Of a stretch of 64,000 nt of DNA, positions 52,167 to 64,000 are shown in pieces (position 1 is the first letter of the stretch; every line of letters starts with the position of its first letter). Under the pieces are notes generated by a model that did no database searches, was not told the DNA's origin, and was given only the letters and a program-made list of their open reading frames with translations. The stretch covers positions 26,660,001-26,724,000 of the forward strand of contig NC_043020.1 of the NCBI RefSeq assembly GCF_006345805.1, written 5' to 3'. The stretch comes from Octopus sinensis. Its lineage: Eukaryota. The position numbers were made by a program, and so were the translations under genes.

Positions 52167-53380
52167 TTAAGAATTATATCTATTTTTTTTATTTCTTACC
52201 TGCAAAACATAATATTTACACCCCAAACCTGTGAGGCAGAATTGTTGGGGTATCATTTTTCTTCAGAGTAAGAGATAAAAGGCTAAAAATATTATTATCA
52301 TCGTGTCTGAGTTGCATCGTGTATTCAAGATGGTATATTGCTTGAATTATGATAGCTTCATCGCGGAAGACTTGAATAAAATTGCACAAAACTGCTCAAA
52401 CCTTTTTTGTTGTTCCCTCATATTTACTACTAGGGTGGTGGATCAGTGACACTGTTTGAGTGTCACATATTGTGCCTTGCAGTATTTGTTCCGGCTCTTT
52501 ACATTCTGAGTTCAAACCTCACCAAAACCAGCTTTATGATTTTTCAAACTTCCAGAATTGTTATAGAACAGTATCCCTTAAGGGCTAGTAGGAAGGGGTC
52601 AGTTTTCAATTGAGTAACCTTTTGCTGCCGACCTGGCTGCCCTGGCCTTTTTACATATATTTCTATAGGGTACAATTTTATGTATCTTTTATTTTCCTTA
52701 TTTCCCTGTATTTCTCTCTCTTTCTCTCTCTCTCTCTTTGTCTTTCTTTTTTTGTCTCCTTTCCTCTCTCTCTCTCTCTCTTTGCTACTCATTTCTCACT
52801 CTGTCTTTTTCTTCTGCTTTCTGTCTTCTCTCACTTAAAAAAAAATAATGTTTTTTCTTACTTATTCTTGTTGTGCAGTCTTAAGACTTTGCCTATGATA
52901 TATAATTAGTTTGTGTTGTTATTGTTGTTATGCATTGTTCTTTGACAGAATATATATATATAGACACAAGTTTAAGGGTATAAATTTAAAAAGAAAAAGA
53001 CAAAACATTGTATGTTTTTTTACTAAGTCTTTCCACTTAAATTTCCATAAATTATTTTGCTCTGTTCTAAATTGATATCAGAAGTAGAAAAAAAACAAAC
53101 AACCGACCCATCTTTAATTTGAACGAAGCCTATGTCGTTAAACCTAATTGTCATTAACAATGCAATGTTTTAAGTGTAATTAGAAGTAGATTTTGTAACA
53201 CTCTCTCCCTTAAGACAAAACATTTCAAATTTGAAATTAGAAGTTATTCAGACTAAAGTAGAAATACTGTATTATTAGTATTGTGATGTATACGTTTCAA
53301 GTTAAATTAATGTATGTGTGTTTGTTTATGTAAGTTATATATATACACACATAGATGTATATTTACTTTTATGAGTATGC

Positions 53381-53429
<49 letters not shown>

Positions 53430-53673
53430 GTATATAGAGATATATACACACACATATGCATGTACACACATACATTAATATGTGTATGTAATGCATGTAT
53501 ATATATATGTATATACACATACATACAAGAGTCTCTGTGAATGTAATATAGACATGAATAAATATATTCATATGTATATGTGTGTGTATGTGTATACACA
53601 CATACATACATACATATGTATTCATACACACTTGTATAGCTATCTCTCTATAAATATAATATATATATACATA

Positions 53674-53724
<51 letters not shown>

Positions 53725-55411
53725 CATATATGTATATATATACACATATATATATATATACATACATATATATATATGTATATAAATACACATATATATA
53801 CATACATATATATATATATAACACTTACTTGCATGCACATATTTACATATACCTAGTATACATATATGCGTGTGTGTGCTTGTCTGTATGTATGTGTACA
53901 TGTATTTCCTTGCACACATTTAAAGCTACACATACAATACTTAACCTTTCAAGGTGAAAGCATAGCCAACTTATCTAGAAACTTGCTTCCCAACGATTGG
54001 ATTCTAGTTATGACACAACTATGAGGCTTCATTAAAGAAACAGCTCCTATTGCAGCTTAGTAAACTCGAATAGCTTGTGAGTGATATTGATTCGAGAAAA
54101 AAACTGTGTGAAGCCATGTTGTAGGGTTTTGATTTATAATTTAAAGGGCCGTCTGTGGAAGCCTTCAAGATTTGTGAGTGACACTTGAAAGCCAGAGGAC
54201 CTTGTTACATGGTCTTGATCTATAATTTTAAGGATCATCCATGGAAAGCCTCAAGACTTGTAGGGGATGTTTGATAACTCTGTAGAACAATGTTTTGTAG
54301 CCTGTGTTTATAATGTGAAGGTTCTGTCATACATACATAAATACAGGTATATATATATATATATAGGCTTCGTCCAGTTTCTATAGAGCAGACCTTCTCA
54401 CAAGGTTTTTGTTGCTCCAGTACTATATAAGAATACATTTGTCCAGGGTTCCACATCGTGTGACTGGGTCCAAAACCACATGGTATGATGAAATGAGTTT
54501 CTTGCCCATTCTGTCAAGCCTAGGACATGATCGAAATATGAGATCTGACATTTAAAAAAAAATAAAGGTAAAGTTTAGTGTCAGTAAAGGCATTCAGCTG
54601 TAAAACAATGCTTCAAATAACATACTCATCTAACCCATGCAAACATGGGAAAATGGACGTAAAACACCCATCCACATTGGTATGCGTATGTGCTGGACAT
54701 AATCTAATATTTATTCAGGATTTTTGGTCTCTGCTTTATGCACGAGATGTATGTGCATTACACATAGACGAATGTGTATCGAATGTGCATTTTAAAGCTT
54801 GCATGCATGTATATGCAGGCTTACATACTTGGCTAGATTTATGTATACTGAGGTATACATAAATATAAAGATATACGGACGTAGACACACACAAAGGCAT
54901 ATACACAAAGAATATCTCAAAGCTCTTTGTGTATCAGTCTGTATATCATATATATACACTCAGCTGTATGTGTGTATATATATATATATATATAATTTTC
55001 CATTATTAGATAAGATGAAAATATATTTTTTTAAATTCCAATAATGTCTCATTGCATAAAATTGGAATCAATGTTATTAGCATTGAAAATAAATAATATG
55101 ATAATTATAAAACTTTATCATTATTACAGTTAATTATTTAGTGACTAAATTTTTTCCCTATATTAATAAATAATTATTAATGAAAAAAAAAAATCAGGTT
55201 TTAAACTTACATCACATTCCCACTTAAAAAAAATTTTTTACTCGTATTTGAGTGGAATATGTGTGAGTGTGTGTGCATGCATGCCTGTGTATATTTATAT
55301 ATATGTATACGTTTGTGTGTGTAGATATATATATGCCTGTATATGTATTTATATACTTATATGTATGAATACAAATATATATTTAGAAGTTTTGATATAT
55401 GTGCATGCTTC

Positions 55412-55447
<36 letters not shown>

Positions 55448-55859
55448 GAGCATATATGTAATTTATATAAATATGTATGCATATATATATATATTGATAC
55501 ATATATATGTATGTATATTAAAAATATATATGTATATAATATATATATATACATATATATATATATGTATATATATCGTCAGATGATATGTATTTCGAAT
55601 CACAGCATACATCCTTGAAATGAATTAAGCAAGCAATAAAACCTTTAGCATTTGTAGATATGGCTTTGGTGATGCTGAGATATATAATATATATTTCTCT
55701 CTTTTTTTTTTTTAATATGTATATAATTTCACTCAATTTGCAGTGTTTGCACGTATACACTTTGATATGCACTATAAGATGGCATGGGCATTTTTCTTTT
55801 GAATTTTTGATTTTGGAAAGAAAATGAAAAAAAAAACAACCCAAAAAATCTCTCTAAAA

Positions 55860-56200
55860 CCTCCCCTTCTAATTTTTTTTATTAGTTATTTATTTGTGCG
55901 TGTACTGAGTTTTATACTCTAATATAATATAGAATATATAAAATGTATAGTAATATCTAATAGTGTATATTTAGAATATATATAAGAGGTATGTGTTTAG
56001 TAAATAAGATATAATAGATTATATAAACACTAAAAGCTCCCTTCTAACTTTTATATTAGTTTTTTTTTATGTCTGTATATTGTATACAATTTATATATAA
56101 TATAGAGGTGTGTAAAATATATAGTAATATAAAATATCTGATAACATTTAAAATATAAAAGTATGTCTTTATATAAGATATAAAAGAATATATAAATAAT
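55860..56200. repeat. Diverged AT-rich tandem duplication, period about 177 bp
   Basis: ctccc(c)ttctaa..tattagtt..atatagtaatat..taagatataa occurs twice. Confidence 0.6.
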
Positions 56201-56225
56201 ACATACATATATATATATTATTATA

Positions 56226-56263
<38 letters not shown>

Positions 56264-58671
56264 GTATGTATATATATATAGATATATTAAAGCCTTTCAG
56301 GGAAGGAATTAAATTTAGAATCAAACAAAATAAGGTCTTTTTTGTTGCATATTAACAACAGCTTACAATTATGTAGGTGGTAGTTTCTCATGTCTATATA
56401 TGGTTTATGATATAAACATATATATATATACTTAAAATATAAAAAAAAATACAGAGTAAATTATAATCAATTAAAGATACTTTTTGAAAAAATCCTAACG
56501 AAATTTTACACAATTTTTCATTTAACAAAAATCATCTTTTCATTCTTAGTTATTATATTGAATGTAAACACGAAAAATAAGTAAACACACTTATCAAAAT
56601 ATAAAAATGTTGGAATCTCCACTTCCTTTCATACTCAATTTAGTATTTGCCTATATTCTATATGTTTAAACTATATGTGTGCATATGTGTATATATACAT
56701 ATTGTGTGTGTGTGTATATATATATATGCATATATATGTATATTATGTATAACCAGGAAGCCTTAAAATTCAGATTTAAGTGCAGGAATAAATATTTTCC
56801 TTCAATAATGATTAATGGTATGGATTTGTTTGAATTAGTATATTTTTTTTTTGTGTAACTCTAGCAAGGATAATAATATTATTAACATCATAGTCACATT
56901 ATTAGCTGTAGTAATATTAGTGGTGGTAGTAGTAATAAGAATGGTAAATAATATTATTTCTATTATTGGTGGTATTTCGTGTATCCTTATGTTTTGAGTT
57001 CAAATCTTGCTGAGGTTGACTTTGTCTATCATCCTTTTTTAGGGTTGATGAAATAAGTACCAGTTGCGCACTGGGGTTGATAAAATCAACTACCCCCTTC
57101 TCGCTGAAATTTCAGGCCTTATGCCTATCATAGAAAGGATGATACTTTCGGTTAGTATTGACTTGGTAGAATCGTTAGCACACCAGGCAAAATGCTTTGT
57201 GGTATTTTGTCCAATTTTACATTCTGAGTTCAATTTCTGACAAGGTTGACTTAGCCTTTCATCCCTTTTGGGGTCAATAAAATTAAGTACCAGTTGAGAA
57301 CTGGGGTCAATATGATTGTCAAATCACCTCCCCGAAAACTACATGATCAACCCTCAGCAGTTAATGAAAGAAAGATTATTAACAATTATGATCTGGTTAG
57401 GTTTGGCAAAATCATTAGATCCTTGGGAAAATATGCCCTCTAGATCTTGAGATTTTGAGTTCAGATACTGCAGTGTTCAATTTCACTTTCATCCTTCTTC
57501 AGCTGATGAAATGAAGTGCCAGTCAAGAACTGAAGTCAGTTTAACTGGCTCCCCTTACTGTTAAAATACTTGTATGTATGATAGAGACAAATATTATTAC
57601 CTTTATATCATTGTAGCTTGAATTTGTTCAGTGGATCAAGTGCTATCTGTACATGCTTTTGTCCACTTCTGCAGCTCAATTGACTACTTTCATTTTCGAA
57701 TGGCTGGTGCCAGTAACAGGCATTCTTGTGGTCAGGTAGCCTGGTGTTTGAGACATAAATAAACATGAAATCTTGACAGAAGGTTTTGTTTTAGATCAAT
57801 TTAAAGCAGGAAGTTTGTATTGTAAAACTAAGTAAAGGTGGTCTTAGGCAAGTTTATATCAAAAGAATTCAAATGTTAATCTATTAGTATAAATATTTCT
57901 GAAAGGCTAGGACTATGAAATGGAAGAGCAAGGTCACTAGTTTGCTCATGTTTTAATTGTGTATTCAAATATTTCCGAAAAGAAATGCTTCATTTAACTG
58001 GACAATTTAAAAAACGGTAAAAAAAAAAATCCACATTGTTAATTAGTAATATTAGTACTTAAAAATTTTAATCACTCTCAGGATTAAGTAAAAATTAAAA
58101 GTTAATTACAGTTATAAAAACAAACTGCAACTGAAACAATGTTAAGTCCCTTTATGATTATATTTCTGATGAAGCAACTGAGGTGTTAGTATTAATTATC
58201 AATGTAATTACTCAATAAACGATATTTCATCAGGGGTTTTATTCCGACATCTTCATATATTTTAGCTTTATATAATCAGTATGTATTATCTGATGTTGGA
58301 ACAATTGAAATATTATATCTATTATAATTTGATTAATATTTGTTTAGATATGAGAAATTTAGCATGGCTAAGTCTTAAATAGGCTTCTGTTAAAAGGGGT
58401 TAAATTTGGACATTTTTTTTCTCCACCACAAATTCTTGCCGTTAATATTCCATTGTTCATCACTGAACTAGTCTCTATAAGAAGGAAATTGAAATTTCTT
58501 CAAAATAAGTTAGGTGCTAAAATATCAAAATATTTCATCTCGGAGTTTAAATCTCATCATTTGCTTCACAATTTTTCAAAGCTCATCATCGTTAGTGTAA
58601 TTTTCTTTTTCTTAAATGCCTGAATCCAAACTAAATAATAAATTTTAGGTTCTCATATTTTTAACGTCCAC

Positions 58672-58816
58672 AAACTTACATTTATATATTTTTCAATATT
58701 GGTGTATTTATGCATATATGTATACATACACATATATATATTTACTTCTATGTATGTTTGTGCATGTGTATGTATGATATATATATATATATATCTGCAC
58801 AGACATGTAGCTGTGC

Positions 58817-58853
<37 letters not shown>

Positions 58854-59014
58854 ACATATATGCATAAATACATTTATATATTTTTCAATTTTGGTGTATT
58901 TATGCATATATGTATACATACACATACACACACACACACACACATATACATATGCTTCTATGTATGTTTGTGCATGTGTATGTAAGATATATATATATCT
59001 GCACAGTCATGTAA

Positions 59015-59040
<26 letters not shown>
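58672..59040. repeat. Local tandem duplication, period about 195 bp
   Basis: acatttatatatttttcaat..ggtgtatttatgc..atctgcacag occurs twice. Confidence 0.8.
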
Positions 59041-59047
<7 letters not shown>

Positions 59048-59608
59048 ATATATATATATATATATTTATATATATATGATGATGATGATATATATATATA
59101 TATTATATATATATATTACATATATGAATATATACGTGTATGCCTTAGGAATGCAAATTTTTATGAAAGCAGGGAAAGAAAATATTTGGCAAATCAAAGT
59201 GGGCAAAGCATTTAAAGCTAACATAACTAAATTAGTAACAAAAATTTTAAAAAATTTAAAATAAAAGGAATATTTAAATATATTGTATATGAAAGCTTTG
59301 TATTCTTGAAAATTTTTGCACTAGTGTGGAAGTCCTTGAAATGGAAACTTTTGATTTCTCTTTTCACTTCACTGTTGCATAACATGAATGTCTATGGAGA
59401 AGCAAGCTTTGCATTAATGCAAAATTCTTCAGGAATGTAACACTTTCCTAGTGTAAGCGATGCTTTTAATTACTTTACTCAAGCATAAGGAAAGGAATTT
59501 AGCATTTCTCATTATTGATATATTTAAAAAAAGAGATGTTTTAGAAATATTCAATTTCACTATACTAATGATATTTAGATGGATATGAATTACATACATG
59601 GGTGTGTG

Positions 59609-59665
<57 letters not shown>

Positions 59666-59848
59666 ATGTATATACACACGTACATACATATATATATATA
59701 TATAATGTGTATATATATACTAATAATATTTAGATGGATATGCATTACATATATATATATATATATATACATATGTATATATACATATATGTATATATAT
59801 GTGTGTGTGTATGTATATGTATGTATATATATATTTGTATGTGTATAC

Positions 59849-59894
<46 letters not shown>

Positions 59895-59935
59895 ATTCAT
59901 ATATGCACATATATATATACACATATACACTCATA

Positions 59936-59979
<44 letters not shown>

Positions 59980-60037
59980 TATATACATATACATATGTGT
60001 ATGTATCTATATATACATACATGCATACACATATGTA

Positions 60038-60071
<34 letters not shown>

Positions 60072-62768
60072 CACACACACATATGTAGGTATGTATTGTG
60101 GTGTCTAATGGGATGAAAACTATTTTCAAATACACCACTTGTGGGGTTGCATTCTTGAAACATTCTTAGGAGAATGTGACATGGAAAAGAATGGAAAAAA
60201 TAATATTTATAACTTCATTATCTGAAAATGTAATTCATTTAAAATTTAAATATAAATGAATATTTATATATTTATATATATATATTTGTTTAAAAAAATA
60301 ACCCCATTAATCCATGCAAACAAAAATTTAAAATATTAAATAAAAGAGAAAAAATCAAATTACAAAATATGAATAAATTCGAAGGTATTTAAATATTTTT
60401 ATGTAATTTATTATTCAGGTTAAATTAGGGTTTTTTCACTGTTCAAAAAATAGAGCTCGTTTAATTTTTAGGTGTTCCCCATATTTCTAAACATTTTTTT
60501 TAATTACTTATTCAAATATACATAGATGTCTTGATTTTTATATATTATTATCTCTCCTTTAATGCTTCTAGAAGTTATAGGAAATTAATTTGTAGTAAAT
60601 TCTTAAATCGTTGTTAAATGTCATTATTTCCTAGATAATACAAAATGATGAGGTGAAATTATTAATAACTATTCTCTTTTAAATTTTCAGTGCAGTCAAG
60701 GACTTATTGTGTATTGTGTGGGTGAATGTATGCATAAATTGAAATTAAAATACATGACTTTTTAATTAATTCATTAAGTAATTAAGTCAGATTAGATGTA
60801 GGACAACAATTGGGATTACAATTGTATTAATAATAATTATGATAATAATGAGAACGTTATGAAAGATAACTAGTTACTTGCATTTCCATGTGTGTTTAAC
60901 ATGTGGAAAGGTTTTAATCTTTGAGATCAGGACCGAATGCAGTTATGATTATAGATCTTATCTGGACAATAATGCTGACGCAATAGTGAATAATTCTATG
61001 GTCCCAAGTTCAAATCCTAGTGCAGGTATTGTGATGTATGCTGTTTAGTGAAAGGTTGTTTCTTTTTAGGGCTCAGGTTAGCATCTCTCATCTGGGACAT
61101 TTGTAGCTATATTGGAAGCCAGGACACTCTACAATGTGTTTGGCATTAGGAAGGGCATCCAACCATAAAAATCCTGCCAAAGTTGGTATTGGAGCACAGG
61201 GCATTCGTACCTGGGAGATTGTTTAAAACCAGCCAGCCCTTGCCAGTATGGAACATGGATATTAAATGAGGATGATGATGATGAGGAACAGGACAATACC
61301 AGTTCAGACTTATGAGTCAAAGATGACCAAAATTATGATCAGTAGCCTTTGGTTAAAAAACATACTTTACAGCTGAGTAAACTGGGGTAATGTGAAATTT
61401 AAATGTTTTGCCCAAAGACACACATGCACTACCTGGTTGAAGAATGGAACTCATGGCCTTAAATATTGAAAGGAGATGCATTAAAATATGTACTAAGCTC
61501 AAGGTAATCGACTATGGTGAGACAGCAGCATGGCAGGACTCCATTGAATGAAATCAGTAAAAAAATATAAATAAAAGGAAGAAACAATGCAACAAATGAT
61601 AACAAGAAGGGCAGTAGTATATTAAATGAAAATAACCATCAAGTCATCATCATCATCATCGTTTTAATGTCTTTCATGCTTGCATGGGACAGATGGACTT
61701 TGTTGAAGCTGGGGTTTTTTATGACTAGATACTCTTCCTGTTGCCAACCCTTACCCGTTCAAAAGTAAGGTAATATTTGGCCAGACATCTTTCCATTGAA
61801 GACTGGAAATAAGGGACAACACTCGTGTGACAGTGACACTTGTTTATAACTATTACATGGTGTCCAGACTGGATGGTCACATCTGGAACATAATAGCAAT
61901 AGATATAGTCCTTGGTCTAACATGGCAGACTTTGAGTAGTTGTTCAGCTTACTGAACAAGGAAGCTGAGAAACTTCACTCAGATTACATCCTACCATCTT
62001 AGTTGATGTCAAGGTGTATGTAAGATTGTGGTTTCAAATCCTGGACCAGGCAGCACATTGTGTTCTTCAGCAAAACACTTAATTTCACGTTGCTCCAGTC
62101 CACTCAGCTGGCAAACGCGAGTAATCATGTGATGGACTAGTGCCCCATCCAGGGGAAGAATATATATCTGCCAAGAAAACCAGTCCTGTGAATCTCCATG
62201 ACTGAGGAAGGATCTAAGCTGAATCCACCACCAAGATAAAAGCATGGCACATTGGACAATATACACCGAGGTACACTATGTAAGTGAAGTAAAAATAAAA
62301 AGCCATGATGGTCAAGAATGGAATACTTTTGATAAGAAGACTATGCAATCAGAGCAGATACTGGGACCTGCTTTATAAGCTAATATCCCTATTTGTGGAT
62401 GTTTGACCTGCTATAAAATGCACCCAAATCCCATTCTGAAATTTCATGCCATCCAAAAGACAAACAAAGAATTGATGGTTGCAGCTGGACTGCATAGTCT
62501 TGAGTGGCCTTGGGCTGAACAATAAGATGACAAATGACCACAATAAGTCAATGTGAGACTGCACTGGATTTTGCCATTAATCTTTCCTATTAATTGTTCT
62601 CCGAAAGTAAAGCCTTCTTAAGTAGTGAATTACAGAATAGAAGACATTTATAGAAAATGAATTAGAAAGAAATATATTTTAATACGTGTGTGTGTGTATG
62701 TATGTACAGATGTTTGTGTGTGTGCATACAAGCATGTATGTATAGGTATAGACATTTGTGCGTGAGTG

Positions 62769-62789
<21 letters not shown>

Positions 62790-62802
<13 letters not shown>

Positions 62803-63006
62803 GATGTTTGTGTGTGTGTGTATACATATATATGTACATGTTCATATATGTATGTATATGTTTGAGAATTATGTATATAGCTATATATTTACATGTGTGT
62901 GTATGTATACATGCTTGTGTGTATACATACATATATATGTCTATGCATTTATGTACATACGTATACTAAAGAATATACACATACTGCAACTATATATATG
63001 TATGTG

Positions 63007-63037
<31 letters not shown>

Positions 63038-63115
63038 ATGTTTATGAATATATATATATATAAACATATGCATACACACATAATGTTTGTATGTATGTGT
63101 GTAAGTGTGTCTTGC

Positions 63116-63162
<47 letters not shown>

Positions 63163-63781
63163 TATATATATATAATATATATATATATATTCATATGCAT
63201 ATGTATGTAGTCTTTAGTTATTTAGGACTAATAAAGGGAATGAAAACGCTGTATGGAATAGCCTTAGCAGAGTTCGCATTTAAAAGTCCAAAATTTAAGA
63301 ATTAAACTTAGAAAGAATATCAAATTTTCTATAGATTCTAAACAACACAATAATTTTTAATAAATTTTTTTCTTTAAGAATTATAAAATACATTTTTAAC
63401 TATATTTTTCTACTCATTTTCTATCTTTTTTTCTTATATATATATATATAATATATATATATATATAGATGTTTGTGTGTGTGTGTATACATATATATGT
63501 ACATGTTCATATATGTATGTATATGTTTGAGAATTATGTATATAGCTATATATTTACATGTGTGTGTATGTATACATGCTTGTGTGTATACATACATATA
63601 TATGTCTATGCATTTATGTACATACGTATACTAAAGAATATACACATACTGCAACTATATATATGTATGTGTATATATATATATATATATATGTGTGTGT
63701 ATGTTTATGAATATATATATATATAAACATATGCATACACACATAATGTTTGTATGTATGTGTGTAAGTGTGTCTTGCTAA

Positions 63782-63814
<33 letters not shown>

Positions 63815-64000
63815 TATACATATATATATATATGTATACATATATATATATTCATATGCATATGTATGTAGTCTTTAGTTATTTAGGACTAATAAAGGGA
63901 ATGAAAACGCTGTATGGAATAGCCTTAGCAGAGTTCGCATTTAAAAGTCCAAAATTTAAGAATTAAACTTAGAAAGAATATCAAATTTTCTATAGATTCT
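62790..64000 (+). repeat. 665-bp-period tandem duplication running to the window end
   Basis: gatgtttgtg at 62803 and 63468; identical apart from microsatellite length and composition. Confidence 0.92.

Noticed and set aside
58160-58235. CTGATGAAG...AAACG possible hammerhead with ctgatgaa/ttcatcag inverted ends
   Set aside because: There is no GAAA and no stem I pairing; at best a heavily decayed remnant.
1900-63966. The many [12 protein letters not shown], poly-I/N/L, poly-M/V/D and poly-P/H ORFs in the six-frame track
   Set aside because: They are translations of (TA)n, (TG)n, (AAT)n, (GAT)n and (CAC)n repeats, open on both strands, with no domain or splice support.
50371-64000. Search for the next Rbfox exon (VNNATARV...)
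   Set aside because: No matching phase-0 exon was found. gtgaataattct at about 60987 lacks an acceptor and diverges, and the acceptor-like ttttcag at about 60690 gives no homologous peptide.

Overview
AT-rich, microsatellite-saturated eukaryotic genomic DNA. The repeat landscape suggests an octopus or other coleoid cephalopod (inference). The only supportable gene is an internal part of an Rbfox (A2BP1/fox-1 family) RNA-binding protein gene on the + strand. Three phase-0 coding exons (15193-15339, 25641-25694, 50278-50370) splice to give QTD...GPKRLHVSNIPFRFREADLKGLLG|QFGHILDVEIIFNERGSK|[32 protein letters not shown] could not locate the start exon or the next exon (expected VNNATAR...), so both probably lie outside the window. 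The introns are filled with tRNA-derived SINEs, TTAA-flanked piggyBac-like MITEs, an L1/Tx1-like LINE 3' end, foldback elements, local duplications and simple repeats. Nearly all ORFs in the six-frame track are microsatellite artefacts. Highlights: (1) the Rbfox target motif TGCATG abuts or overlaps both splice sites of the in-frame 93-nt RRM exon, with a second dense TGCATG cluster in front of an AG-free pyrimidine tract, suggesting autoregulation; (2) a candidate 21-nt microexon would insert into the RRM just ahead of RNP1; (3) two retroelement types carry minimal hammerhead-ribozyme motifs, one inside a TSD-flanked tRNA-headed SINE; (4) several long hairpins or palindromes would form dsRNA in the pre-mRNA. 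Repeat boundaries are approximate and family names were assigned by eye, not by database search.
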